This document shows positions 41,701 to 54,400 of a stretch of 64,000 bases of DNA, piece by piece. The translations under genes were made by a program, and so were the position numbers. The stretch is from the NCBI GenBank assembly GCA_964016885.1, contig OZ024740.1, positions 389,856,001 through 389,920,000 on the forward strand. The letters are read 5' to 3'. The notes under the pieces were generated by a model. The model was not told the origin of the DNA. It saw nothing but the letters and a program-made list of their open reading frames with translations, and ran no database searches. This stretch comes from Eledone cirrhosa (lineage: Eukaryota). Each line of letters starts with the position of its first letter. The first letter of the stretch is position 1.

Positions 41701-44700
41701 CATTCGGAGTTAGAACCTCTGTTTATTCATGTTCTATCGGAATTAGAACCTCTGTTTATTCATGTTCTTTCGGAGTTAGAATCTCTATTTATTCATGTTC
41801 TGTCGCAGTTAGAACCTCTTTTCGGAGTTACAACCTCTATTTATTCATGGTCTGTCGGAGTTAGAACCTCTATTTATTCATGTTCTGTCGGAGTTAGAAC
41901 CTCTGTTTATTCATGTTCTGTCGGAGTTAGAACCTCTTGTCGGAGTCAGAACCTCTATTTATTCATGTTCTTTCGGAGTTAGAACCTCTATTTATTCATG
42001 TTCTGTCGCAGTTAGAATCTCTATTTATTCAATATCTGTCGCAGTTAGAACCTCTTGTCGGAGTCAGAACCTCTATTTATTCATGTTCTGTCGGAGTTAG
42101 AACCTCTGTTTATTCATGTTCTGTCGCAGTTAGAACCTCTATTTATTCATGTTCTGTGGGAGTTAGAACCTCGATTTATTCATGTTCTGTCGGAGTTAGA
42201 ACCTCTGTTTATTCATGTTCTGTCGGAGTCAGAACCTCTATTTATTCATGTTCTGTCGGAGTCAGAACCTCTGTTTATTCATGTTCTGTCGGAGTTAGAA
42301 CCTCTATTTATTCATGTTCTGTCGGAGTTAGAGCCTCTATTTATTCATGTTCTGTCGCAGTTAGAACCTCTATTTATTCAATATCTGTCGCAGTTCGAAC
42401 CTCTTGTCGGAGTTAGAACATCTATTTATTCATGTTCTGTCGGAGTCAGAACCTCTATTTATTCATGTTCTTTCGGAGTTAGAACCTCTGTTTATTCATG
42501 TTCTTTCGGAGTTAGAACCTCGATTTATTCATGTTCTGTCGGAGTTAGAACCTCTATTTATTCATCTTCTGTCGGAGATAGAACCTCTATTTATTCATGT
42601 TCTGTCGGAGTTGGAATCTCTATTCATTCATGTTCTGTCGGAGTTAGAACCTCTGTTTATTCATGTTCTATCGGAGTTAGAACCTCTATTTATTCATGTT
42701 CTGTCGCAGTTAGAATCTCTATTTATTCAATATCTGTCGCAGTTAGAACCTCTTGTCGGAGTCAGAACCTCTATTTATTCATGTTCAGTCGGAGTCAGAA
42801 CCTCTATTTATTCATGTTCTGTCGGAGTTAGAACCTCTGTTTATTCATGTTCTGTCGCAGTTAGAACCTCTATTTATTCATGTACTGTGGGAGTTAGAAC
42901 CTCGATTTATTCATGTTCTGTCGGAGTTAGAACCTCTGTTTATTCATGTTCTGTCGGAGTCAGAACCTCTATTTATTCATGTTCTGTCGGAGTGAGAACC
43001 TCTGTTTATTCATGTTCTGTCGGAGTTAGAACCTCTATTTATTCATGTTCTGTCGGAGTTAGAGCCTCTATTTATTCATGTTCTGTCGCAGTTAGAACCT
43101 CTATTTATTCAATATCTGTCGCAGTTAGAACCTCTTGTCGGAGTTAGAACATCTATTTATTCATGTTCTGTCGGAGTCAGAACCTCTGTTTATTCATATT
43201 CTGTCGGAGTCAGAACCTCTATTTATTCATGTTCTGTCGGAGTTAGAACCTCTGTTTATTCATGTTCTGTCGCAGTTAGAACCTCTTGTCGGAGTCAGAA
43301 CCTCTATTTATTCATGTTCTGTCGGAGTTAGAACCGCTGTTTATTCATGTTCTGTCGGAGTTAGAACCTCTGTTTATTCATGTTCTGTCGGAGTTAGAAC
43401 CTCTTGTCGGAGTCAGAACCTCTATTTATTCATGTTCTTTCGGAGTTAGAACCTCTATTTATTCATGTTCTGTCGCAGTTAGAATCTCTATTTATTCAAT
43501 ATCTGTCGCAGTTAGAACCTCTTGTCGGAGTCAGAACCTCTATTTATTCATGTTCTGTCGGAGTTAGAACCTCTGTTTATTCATGTTCTGTCGCAGTTAG
43601 AACCTCTATTTATTCATGTTCTGTGGGAGTTAGAACCTCGATTTATTCATGTTCTGTCGGAGTTAGAACCTCTGTTTATTCATGTTCTGTCGGAGTCAGA
43701 ACCTCTATTTATTCATGTTCTGTCGGAGTCAGAACCTCTGTTTATTCATGTTCTGTCGGAGTTAGAACCTCTATTTATTCATGTTCTGTCGGAGTTAGAG
43801 CCTCTATTTATTCATGTTCTGTCGCAGTTAGAACCTCTATTTATTCAATATCTGTCGCAGTTCGAACCTCTTGTCGGAGTTAGAACATCTATTTATTCAT
43901 GTTCTGTCGGAGTCAGAACCTCTATTTATTCATGTTCTTTCGGAGTTAGAACCTCTGTTTATTCATGTTCTTTCGGAGTTAGAACCTCGATTTATTCATG
44001 TTCTGTCGGAGTTAGAACCTCTATTTATTCATCTTCTGTCGGAGATAGAACCTCTATTTATTCATGTTCTGTCGGAGTTGGAATCTCTATTCATTCATGT
44101 TCTGTCGGAGTTAGAACCTCTGTTTATTCATGTTCTATCGGAGTTAGAACCTCTATTTATTCATGTTCTGTCGCAGTTAGAATCTCTATTTATTCAATAT
44201 CTGTCGCAGTTAGAACCTCTTGTCGGAGTCAGAACCTCTATTTATTCATGTTCAGTCGGAGTCAGAACCTCTATTTATTCATGTTCTGTCGGAGTTAGAA
44301 CCTCTGTTTATTCATGTTCTGTCGCAGTTAGAACCTCTATTTATTCATGTACTGTGGGAGTTAGAACCTCGATTTATTCATGTTCTGTCGGAGTTAGAAC
44401 CTCTGTTTATTCATGTTCTGTCGGAGTCAGAACCTCTATTTATTCATGTTCTGTCGGAGTGAGAACCTCTGTTTATTCATGTTCTGTCGGAGTTAGAACC
44501 TCTATTTATTCATGTTCTGTCGGAGTTAGAGCCTCTATTTATTCATGTTCTGTCGCAGTTAGAACCTCTATTTATTCAATATCTGTCGCAGTTAGAACCT
44601 CTTGTCGGAGTCAGAACCTCTATTTATTCATGTTCTGTCGGAGTCAGAAACTCTATTCATTCATGTTATGTCGGAGTTAGAACCTCTGTTTATTCATTTT

Positions 44701-46950
44701 CATTCGGAGTTAGAACCTCTGTTTATTCATGTTCTATCGGAATTAGAACCTCTATTTATTCATGTTCTGTCGGAGTTAGAGCCTCTATTTATTCATGTTC
44801 TGTCGCAGTTAGAACCTCTATTTATTCAATATCTGTCGCAGTTAGAACCTCTTGTCGGAGTCAGAACCTCTATTTATTCATGTTCTGTCGGAGTTAGAAA
44901 CTCTATTCATTCATGTTATGTCGGAGTCAGAACCTCTATATATTCATGTTCTGTCGGAGTTAGAACCGCTGTTTATTCATGTTCTGTCGGAGTCAGAACT
45001 TCTATTTATTCATGTTCTGTGGGAGTTAGAACCTCGATTTATTCATGTTCTGTCGGAGTCAGAACCTCTATTTATTCATGTTCTGTCGGAGTGAGAACCT
45101 CTGTTTATTCATGTTCTGTCGGAGTTAGAACCTCTATTTATTCATGTTCTGTCGGAGTTAGAGCCTCTATTTATTCATGTTCTGTCGCAGTTAGAACCTC
45201 TATTTATTCAATATCTGTCGCAGTTAGAACCTCTTGTCGGAGTCAGAACCTCTGTTTATTCATGTTCTGTCGGAGTCAGAAACTCTATTCATTCATGTTC
45301 TGTCGGAGTTAGAACCTCTATTTATTCATGTTCTGTCGGAGTTAGAACCTCTGTTTATTCATGTTCTGTCGGAGTGAGACCCTCTATTTATTCATGTTCT
45401 GTCGGAGTTAGAACCTCTATTTATTCATGTTCTGTCGGAGTTAGAACCTCTGTTTATTCATGTTCATTCGGAGTTAGAACCTCTGTTTATTCATGTTCTA
45501 TCGGAATTAGAACCTCTGTTTATTCATGTTCTTTCGGAGTTAGAATCTCTATTTATTCATGTTCTGTCGCAGTTAGAACCTCTTTTCGGAGTTACAACCT
45601 CTATTTATTCATGGTCTGTCGGAGTTAGAACCTCTATTTATTCATGTTCTGTCGGAGTTAGAACCTCTGTTTATTCATGTTCTGTCGGAGTTAGAACCTC
45701 TTGTCGGAGTCAGAACCTCTATTTATTCATGTTCTTTCGGAGTTAGAACCTCTATTTATTCATGTTCTGTCGCAGTTAGAATCTCTATTTATTCAATATC
45801 TGTCGCAGTTAGAACCTCTTGTCGGAGTCAGAACCTCTATTTATTCATGTTCTGTCGGAGTTAGAACCTCTGTTTATTCATGTTCTGTCGCAGTTAGAAC
45901 CTCTATTTATTCATGTTCTGTGGGAGTTAGAACCTCGATTTATTCATGTTCTGTCGGAGTTAGAACCTCTGTTTATTCATGTTCTGTCGGAGTCAGAACC
46001 TCTATTTATTCATGTTCTGTCGGAGTCAGAACCTCTGTTTATTCATGTTCTGTCGGAGTTAGAACCTCTATTTATTCATGTTCTGTCGGAGTTAGAGCCT
46101 CTATTTATTCATGTTCTGTCGCAGTTAGAACCTCTATTTATTCAATATCTGTCGCAGTTCGAACCTCTTGTCGGAGTTAGAACATCTATTTATTCATGTT
46201 CTGTCGGAGTCAGAACCTCTATTTATTCATGTTCTTTCGGAGTTAGAACCTCTGTTTATTCATGTTCTTTCGGAGTTAGAACCTCGATTTATTCATGTTC
46301 TGTCGGAGTTAGAACCTCTATTTATTCATCTTCTGTCGGAGATAGAACCTCTATTTATTCATGTTCTGTCGGAGTTGGAATCTCTATTCATTCATGTTCT
46401 GTCGGAGTTAGAACCTCTGTTTATTCATGTTCTATCGGAGTTAGAACCTCTATTTATTCATGTTCTGTCGCAGTTAGAATCTCTATTTATTCAATATCTG
46501 TCGCAGTTAGAACCTCTTGTCGGAGTCAGAACCTCTATTTATTCATGTTCAGTCGGAGTCAGAACCTCTATTTATTCATGTTCTGTCGGAGTTAGAACCT
46601 CTGTTTATTCATGTTCTGTCGCAGTTAGAACCTCTATTTATTCATGTACTGTGGGAGTTAGAACCTCGATTTATTCATGTTCTGTCGGAGTTAGAACCTC
46701 TGTTTATTCATGTTCTGTCGGAGTCAGAACCTCTATTTATTCATGTTCTGTCGGAGTGAGAACCTCTGTTTATTCATGTTCTGTCGGAGTTAGAACCTCT
46801 ATTTATTCATGTTCTGTCGGAGTTAGAGCCTCTATTTATTCATGTTCTGTCGCAGTTAGAACCTCTATTTATTCAATATCTGTCGCAGTTAGAACCTCTT
46901 GTCGGAGTTAGAACATCTATTTATTCATGTTCTGTCGGAGTCAGAACCTC
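35790..46950. repeat. Higher-order repeat: six copies of a ~1.2-kb core at alternating ~2.3-kb and ~1.5-kb spacing (super-unit ~3.7-3.8 kb)
   Basis: The identical 159-aa ORF starts at 35844, 38141, 39673, 41937, 43404 and 45701 (gaps 2297, 1532, 2264, 1467, 2297). Core markers are CAGTTCGAAC, GAGATAGAAC and CATGTACTG. Confidence 0.92.
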
Positions 46951-48419
46951 TGTTTATTCATATTCTGTCGGAGTCAGAACCTCTATTTATTCATGTTCTG
47001 TCGGAGTTAGAACCTCTGTTTATTCATGTTCTGTCGCAGTTAGAACCTCTTGTCGGAGTCAGAACCTCTATTTATTCATGTTCTGTCGGAGTTAGAACCG
47101 CTGTTTATTCATGTTCTGTCGGAGTCAGAACCTCTATTTATTCATGTTCTGTCGGAGTTAGAACCTCTGTTTATTCATGTTCTGTCGCAGTTAGAACCTC
47201 TATTTATTCATGTTCTGTCGCAGTTAGAATCTCTATTTATTCATGTTCTGTCGGAGTCATAACCTCTATTTATTCATGTTCTGTCGGAGTGAGAACCTCT
47301 GTTTATTCATGTTCTGTCGGAGTTAGAACCTCTATTTATTCATGTTCTGTCGGAGTTAGAGCCTCTATTTATTCATGTTCTGTCGCAGTTAGAACCTCTA
47401 TTTATTCAATATCTGTCGCAGTTAGAACCTCTGGTCGGAGTCAGAACCTCTATTTATTCATGTTCTGTCGGAGTCAGAAACTCTATTCATTCATGTTATG
47501 TCGGAGTCAGAACCTCTATATATTCATGTTCTGTCGGAGTTAGAACCGCTGTTTATTCATGTTCTGTCGGAGTCAGAACCTCTATTTATTCATGTTCTGT
47601 CGGAGTGAGAACCTCTGTTTATTCATGTTCTGTCGGAGTTAGAACCTCTGTTTATTCATATTCTGTCGGAGTCAGAACCTCTATTTATTCATGTTCTGTC
47701 GGAGTTAGAACCTCTATTTATTCATGTTCTGTCGGAGTTAGAACCTCTATTTATTCATGTTCTGTCGGAGTTAGAACCTCTATTTATTCATGTTCTGTCG
47801 CAGTTAGAATCTCTATTTATTCATGTTCTGTCGGAGTTAGAACCTCTATTTATTCATGTTCTGTCGGAGTTAGAACCTCTGTTTATTCATGTTCTGTCGG
47901 AGTGAGACCCTCTATTTATTCATGTTCTGTCGGAGTTAGAACCTCTATTTATTCATGTTCTGTCGGAGTTAGAACCTCTGTTTATTCATGTTCTGTCGGA
48001 GTGAGACCCTCTATTTATTCCTGTTCTGTCGGAGTTAGAACCTCTATTTATTCATGTTCTGTCGGAGTTAGAACCTCTGTTTATTCATGTTCATTCGGAG
48101 TTAGAACCTCTGTTTATTCATGTTCTATCGGAGTTAGAACCTCTATTTATTCATGTTCTGTCGCAGTTAGAACCTCTATTTATTCATGTTCTGTGGGAGT
48201 TAGAACCTCGATTTATTCATGTTCTGTCGGAGTTAGAACCTCTGTTTATTCATGTTCTGTCGGAGTCAGAACCTCTATTTATTCATGTTCTGTCGGAGTG
48301 AGAACCTCTGTTTATTCATGTTCTGTCGGAGTTAGAACCTCTATTTATTCATGTTCTGTCGGAGTTAGAGCCTCTATTTATTCATGTTCTGTCGCAGTTA
48401 GAACCTCTATTTATTCATG

Positions 48420-51400
48420 TTCTGTCGGAGTTAGAACCTCTTGTCGGAATCAGAACCTCTATATATTCATGTTCTGTCGGAGTTAGAACCTCTATTTATT
48501 CATGTTCTGTTGGAGTTAGAACCTCTGTTTATTCATGTTCTTTCGGAGTTAGAACCTCTGTTTATTCATGTTCTATCGGAATTAGAACCTCTGTTTATTC
48601 ATGTTCTTTCGGAGTTAGAACCTCTATTTATTCATGTTCTGTCGCAGTTAGAACCTCTATTTATTCATGTTCTGTCGCAGTTAGAACCTCTATTTATTCA
48701 TGTTCTGTCGGAGTAAGAACCTCTATTTATTCATGTTCTATCGGAGTTAGAAACTCGGTTTATTCATGTTCTTTCTGAGTTAGAACCTCTATTTATTCAT
48801 GTTCTGTCGGAGTTAGAACCTCTATTTATTCATGTTCTGTCGCAGTTAGAACCTCTATTTATTCATGTTCTGTCGGAGTTAGAACCTCTGTTTACTCATG
48901 TTCTGTCGGAGTGAGAACCTCTATTTATTCATGTTCTGTCGGAGTTAGAACCATATTTTTTCATGTTCTGTCGTAGTTAGAACCTCTGTTTATTCATGTT
49001 CTGTCGGAGTTAGAACATCTATTTATTCATGTTCTGTCGCATTTAGAACCTCTGTTTATTCATGTTCGGTCGGAGTTAGAAGATCTGTTTATTCATGTTC
49101 TTTCGGAGTTAGAACCTCTATTTATTCATGCTCTCTCGGAGTCAGAACGTCTATTTATTCATGTTCTGTCGCAGTTAGAACCTCTTGTCGGAGTTAGAAA
49201 CTCTATTTATTTATGTTCTGTCGCAGTTAGAACCTCTGTTTATTCATGTTCTTTCGGAGTTAGAACCTCGATTTATTCATGTTCTGTCGGAGTTAGAACC
49301 TCTATTTATTCATGTTCTGTCGGAGTTAGAACCTCTATTTATTCATGTTCTGTCGCAGTTAGAATCTCTATTTATTCATGTTCTGTCGGAGTTAGAACCT
49401 CTGTTTATTCATGTTCTGTCGGAGTGAGACCCTCTATTTATTCATGTTCTGTCGGAGTTAGAACCTCTATTTATTCATGTTCTGTCGGAGTTAGAACCTC
49501 TGTTTATTCATTTTCATTCGGAGTTAGAACCTCTGTTTATTCATGTTCTATCGGAATTAGAACCTCTGTTTATTCATGTTCTTTCGGAGTTAGAACCTCT
49601 ATTTATTCATGTTCTGTCGCAGTTAGAACCTCTTTTCGGAGTTAGAACCTCTATTTATTCATGTTCTGTCGGAGTTAGAACCTCTGTTTATTCTTGTTCT
49701 GTCGCAGTTAGAACGTCTATTTATTCATGTTCCGTCGCAGTTAAAACCGCTTGTCGGAGTTAGAACTTCCATTTATTCATGTTCTGTCGGTGTTAGAACA
49801 TCTATTTATTCATGTTCTGTCGCAGTTAGAACCTATATTTATTCATGTTCTGTCGGAGCTAGAACCTCATTTTATTCATGTTCTGTCGGAGTTAGAACAT
49901 TTGTTTATTCATGTTCTGTCGGAGTTAGAACCTCTCTTTATTCATGTTCTGTCGGAGTTAGAACCTCTATTTATTTATGTTCTGTCGGAGTTAGAACATC
50001 TATTTATTCATGTTCTGTCGCAGTTAGAACCTCTATTTATTCATGTTGCGTCGCAGTTAGAACCATTTGTCGGAGTTAGAACCTCTATTTATTCATATTC
50101 TCTCGGAGTCAGAATGTCTATTTATTCATGTTCTATCGCAGTTAGAACCTCTTGTCGGAGTTAGAAACTCTATTTATTTATGTTCTGTCAGAGTTAGAAC
50201 CTCTGTTTATTCATGTTCGGTCGGAGTTAGAAGATCTGTTTATTCATGTTCTTTCGGAGTTAGAACCTCTATTTATTCATGCTCTCTCGGAGTCAGAACG
50301 TCTATTTATTCATGTTCCGTCGCAGTTAAAACCTCTTGTCGGAGTTAGAACCTCCATTTATTCATGTTCTGTCGGTGTTAGAACATCTATTTATTCATGT
50401 TCTGTCGCAGTTAGAACCTATATTTATTCATGTTCTGTCGGAGCTAGAACCTCATTTTATTCATGTTCTGTCGGAGTTAGAACATTTGTTTATTCATGTT
50501 CTGTCGGAGTTAGAACCTCTCTTTATTCATGTTCTGTCGGAGTTAGAACCTCTATTTATTTATGTTCTGTCGGAGTTAGAACATCTATTTATTCATGTTC
50601 TGTCGCAGTTAGAACCTCTATTTATTCATGTTGCGTCGCAGTTAGAACCTCTTGTGGGAGTTATAACCTCTATTTATTCATGTTCTGTCGCAGTTAGAAC
50701 CTCTATTTATTCATGTTCTCTCGGAGTTAGAACCTCTATCTTTTCATGTTCTGTCGGAGTTAGAACCTCTATTTATTCATGTTCTGTCGGAGTTAGAACC
50801 TCTATTTATTCATGTTCTGTCGGAGTTAGAACCTCTTGTCGGGGTTAGAATCTCTATTTATTCATGTTCTGTCGGAGTTAGAACCTCTATTTATTGATGT
50901 TCTTTCGGAGTTAGTACCTCTATTTATTCATGCTTTCTCGGAGTCAGAATGTCTATTTATTCATGTTCTGTCGCAGTTAGAACCTCTTGTCGGAGTTAGG
51001 AACTCTATTTATTTATGTTCTGTCGGAGTTAGAACCTCTGTTTATTCATGTTCTTTCGGAGTTAGAACCTCGATTTATTCATGTTCTGTCGGAGTTAGCA
51101 CCTCTATTTATTCATGTTCTGTCGGAGTTAGAACCTCTATTCATTCATGTTCTGTCGCAGTTAGAACCTCTATTTATTCATGTTCTGTCGGAGTTACAAC
51201 CTCTATTTATTCATGTTCTGTCTGAGTTAGAACCTCTGTTTATTCATGTTCTTTCGGAGTTAGAATCTCTGTTTATTCATGTTGTGTCGGAGTCAGAACC
51301 TCTATTTATTCATGTTCTGTCGGAGTTAGAACCTTTATTTATTCATGTTCTGTCGCAGTTAGAATCTCTATTTATTCATGTTCTGTCGGAGTTAGAACCT

Positions 51401-54400
51401 CTGTTTATTCATGTTCTGTCGGAGTGAGACCCTCTATTTATTCATGTTCTGTCGGAGTTAGAACCTCTATTTATTCATGTTCTGTCGGAGTTAGAACCTC
51501 TGTTTATTCATTTTCATTCGGAGTTAGAACCTCTGTTTATTCATGTTCTATCGGAATTAGAACCTCTGTTTATTCATGTTCTTTCGGAGTTAGAACCTCT
51601 ATTTATTCATGTTCTGTCGCAGTTAGAACCTCTTTTCGGAGTTAGAACCTCTATTTATTCATGTTCTGTCGGAGTTAGAACCTCTGTTTATTCTTGTTCT
51701 GTCGCAGTTAGAACGTCTATTTATTCATGTTCCGTCGCAGTTAAAACCGCTTGTCGGAGTTAGAACTTCCATTTATTCATGTTCTGTCGGTGTTAGAACA
51801 TCTATTTATTCATGTTCTGTCGCAGTTAGAACCTATATTTATTCATGTTCTGTCGGAGCTAGAACCTCATTTTATTCATGTTCTGTCGGAGTTAGAACAT
51901 TTGTTTATTCATGTTCTGTCGGAGTTAGAACCTCTCTTTATTCATGTTCTGTCGGAGTTAGAACCTCTATTTATTTATGTTCTGTCGGAGTTAGAACATC
52001 TATTTATTCATGTTCTGTCGCAGTTAGAACCTCTGTTTATTCATGTTCTGTCGGAGTGAGACCCTCTATTTATTCATGTTCTGTCGGAGTTAGAACCTCT
52101 ATTTATTCATGTTCTGTCGGAGTTAGAACCTCTGTTTATTCATGTTCATTCGGAGTTAGAACCTCTGTTTATTCATGTTCTGTCGCAGTTAGAATCTCTA
52201 TTTATTCAATATCTGTCGCAGTTAGAACCTCTTGTCGGAGTCAGAACCTCTATTTATTCATGTTCAGTCGGAGTCAGAACCTCTATTTATTCATGTTCTG
52301 TCGGAGTTAGAACCTCTGTTTATTCATGTTCTGTCGCAGTTAGAACCTCTATTTATTCATGTTCTGTGGGAGTTAGAACCTCGATTTATTCATGTTCTGT
52401 CGGAGTTAGAACCTCTGTTTATTCATGTTCTGTCGGAGTCAGAACCTCTATTTATTCATGTTCTGTCGGAGTGAGAACCTCTGTTTATTCATGTTCTGTC
52501 GGAGTTAGAACCTCTATTTATTCATGTTCTGTCTGAGTTAGAGCCTCTATTTATTCATGTTCTGTCGCAGTTAGAACCTCTATTTATTCAATATCTGTCG
52601 CATTTAGAACCTCTTGTCGGAGTCAGAACCTCTATTTATTCATGTTCTGTCGGAGTAAGAACCTCTATTTATTCATGTTCTATCGGAGTTAGAACCTTAT
52701 TTTTTCATGTTCTGTCGTAGTTAGAACCTCTGTTTATTCATGTTCTGTCGCAGTTAGAACCACTATTTATTCATGTTCTGTCGCAGTTAGAACCTCTATT
52801 TATTCATGTTCTGTCGGAGTTAGAACATGTATTTATTCATGTTCTGTCGGAGTCAGAACCTCTATTTATTTAGGTTCTGTCGGAGTTAGAACCTCTATTT
52901 ATTCATGTTCTGTCGGAGTTAGAACATCTATTTATTCATGTTCTGTCGCATTTAGAACCTCTGTTTATTCATGTTTTGTCGGAGTTAGAACCTCTTGTCG
53001 GAGTTAGAACCTCTGTTTATTCATGTTCTTTCGGAGTTAAAACCGCTGTTTATTCATGTTCTGTCGCAGTTAGAACCACTATTTATTCATGTTCTGTCGG
53101 AGTTAGAAGCTCTATTTATTCATGTTCTGTCGCATTTAGAACCTCTGTTTATTCAATATCTGTCGCAGTTAGAACCTCTTGTCGGAGTCAGAACCTCTAT
53201 TTATTCATGTTCAGTCGGAGTCAGAACCTCTATTTATTCATGTTCTGTCGGAGTTAGAACCTCTTTTTATTCATGTTCTGTCGCAGTTAGAACCTCTATT
53301 TATTCATGTTCTGTGGGAGTTAGAACCTCGATTTATTCATGTTCTGTCGGAGTTAGAACCTCTGTTTATTCAATATCTGTCGCAGTTAGAACCTCTTGTC
53401 GGAGTCAGAACCTCTATTTATTCATGTTCTGTCGGAGTCAGAAACTCTATTCATTCATGTTATGTCGGAGTCAGAACCTCTATATATTCATGTTCTGTCG
53501 GAGTTAGAACCGCTGTTTATTCATGTTCTGTCGGAGTCAGAACCTCTATTTATTCATGTTCTGTCGGAGTTAGAACCTCTGTTTATTCATGTTCTGTCGC
53601 AGTTAGAACCTCTATTTATTCATGTTCTGTGGAAGTTAGAACCTCGATTTATTCATGTTCTGTCGGAGTCAGAACCTCTATTTATTCATGTTCTGTCGGA
53701 GTGAGAACCTCTGTTTACTCATGTTCTGTCGGAGTTAGAACCTCTATTTATTCATGTTCTGTCGGAGTTAGAGCCTCTATTTATTCATGTTCTGTCGCAG
53801 TTAGAACCTCTATTTATTCAATATCTGTCGCAGTTAGAACCTCTTGTCGGAGTCAGAACCTCTATTTATTCATGTTCTGTCGGAGTCAGAAACTCTATTC
53901 ATTCATGTTATGTCGGAGTCAGAACCTCTATATATTCATGTTCTGTCGGAGTTAGAACCTCTGTTTATTCATATTCTGTCGGAGTCAGAACCTCTATTTA
54001 TTCATGTTCTGTCGGAGTTAGAACCTCTATTTATTCATGTTCTGTCGGAGTTAGAACCTCTATTTATTCATGTTCTGTCGGAGTTAGAACCTCTATTTAT
54101 TCATGTTCTGTCGGAGTTAGAACCTCTATTTATTCATGTTCTGTCGCAGTTAGAATCTCTATTTATTCATGTTCTGTCGGAGTTAGAACCTCTATTTATT
54201 CATGTTCTGTCGGAGTTAGAACCACTATTTATTCATGTTCTGTCGGAGTTAGAACCTCTATTTATTCATGTTCTGTCGCAGTTAGAATCTCTATTTATTC
54301 ATGTTCTGTCGGAGTTAGAACCTCTATTTATTCATGTTCTGTCGGAGTTAGAACCTCTGTTTATTCATGTTCTGTCGGAGTGAGACCCTCTATTTATTCA

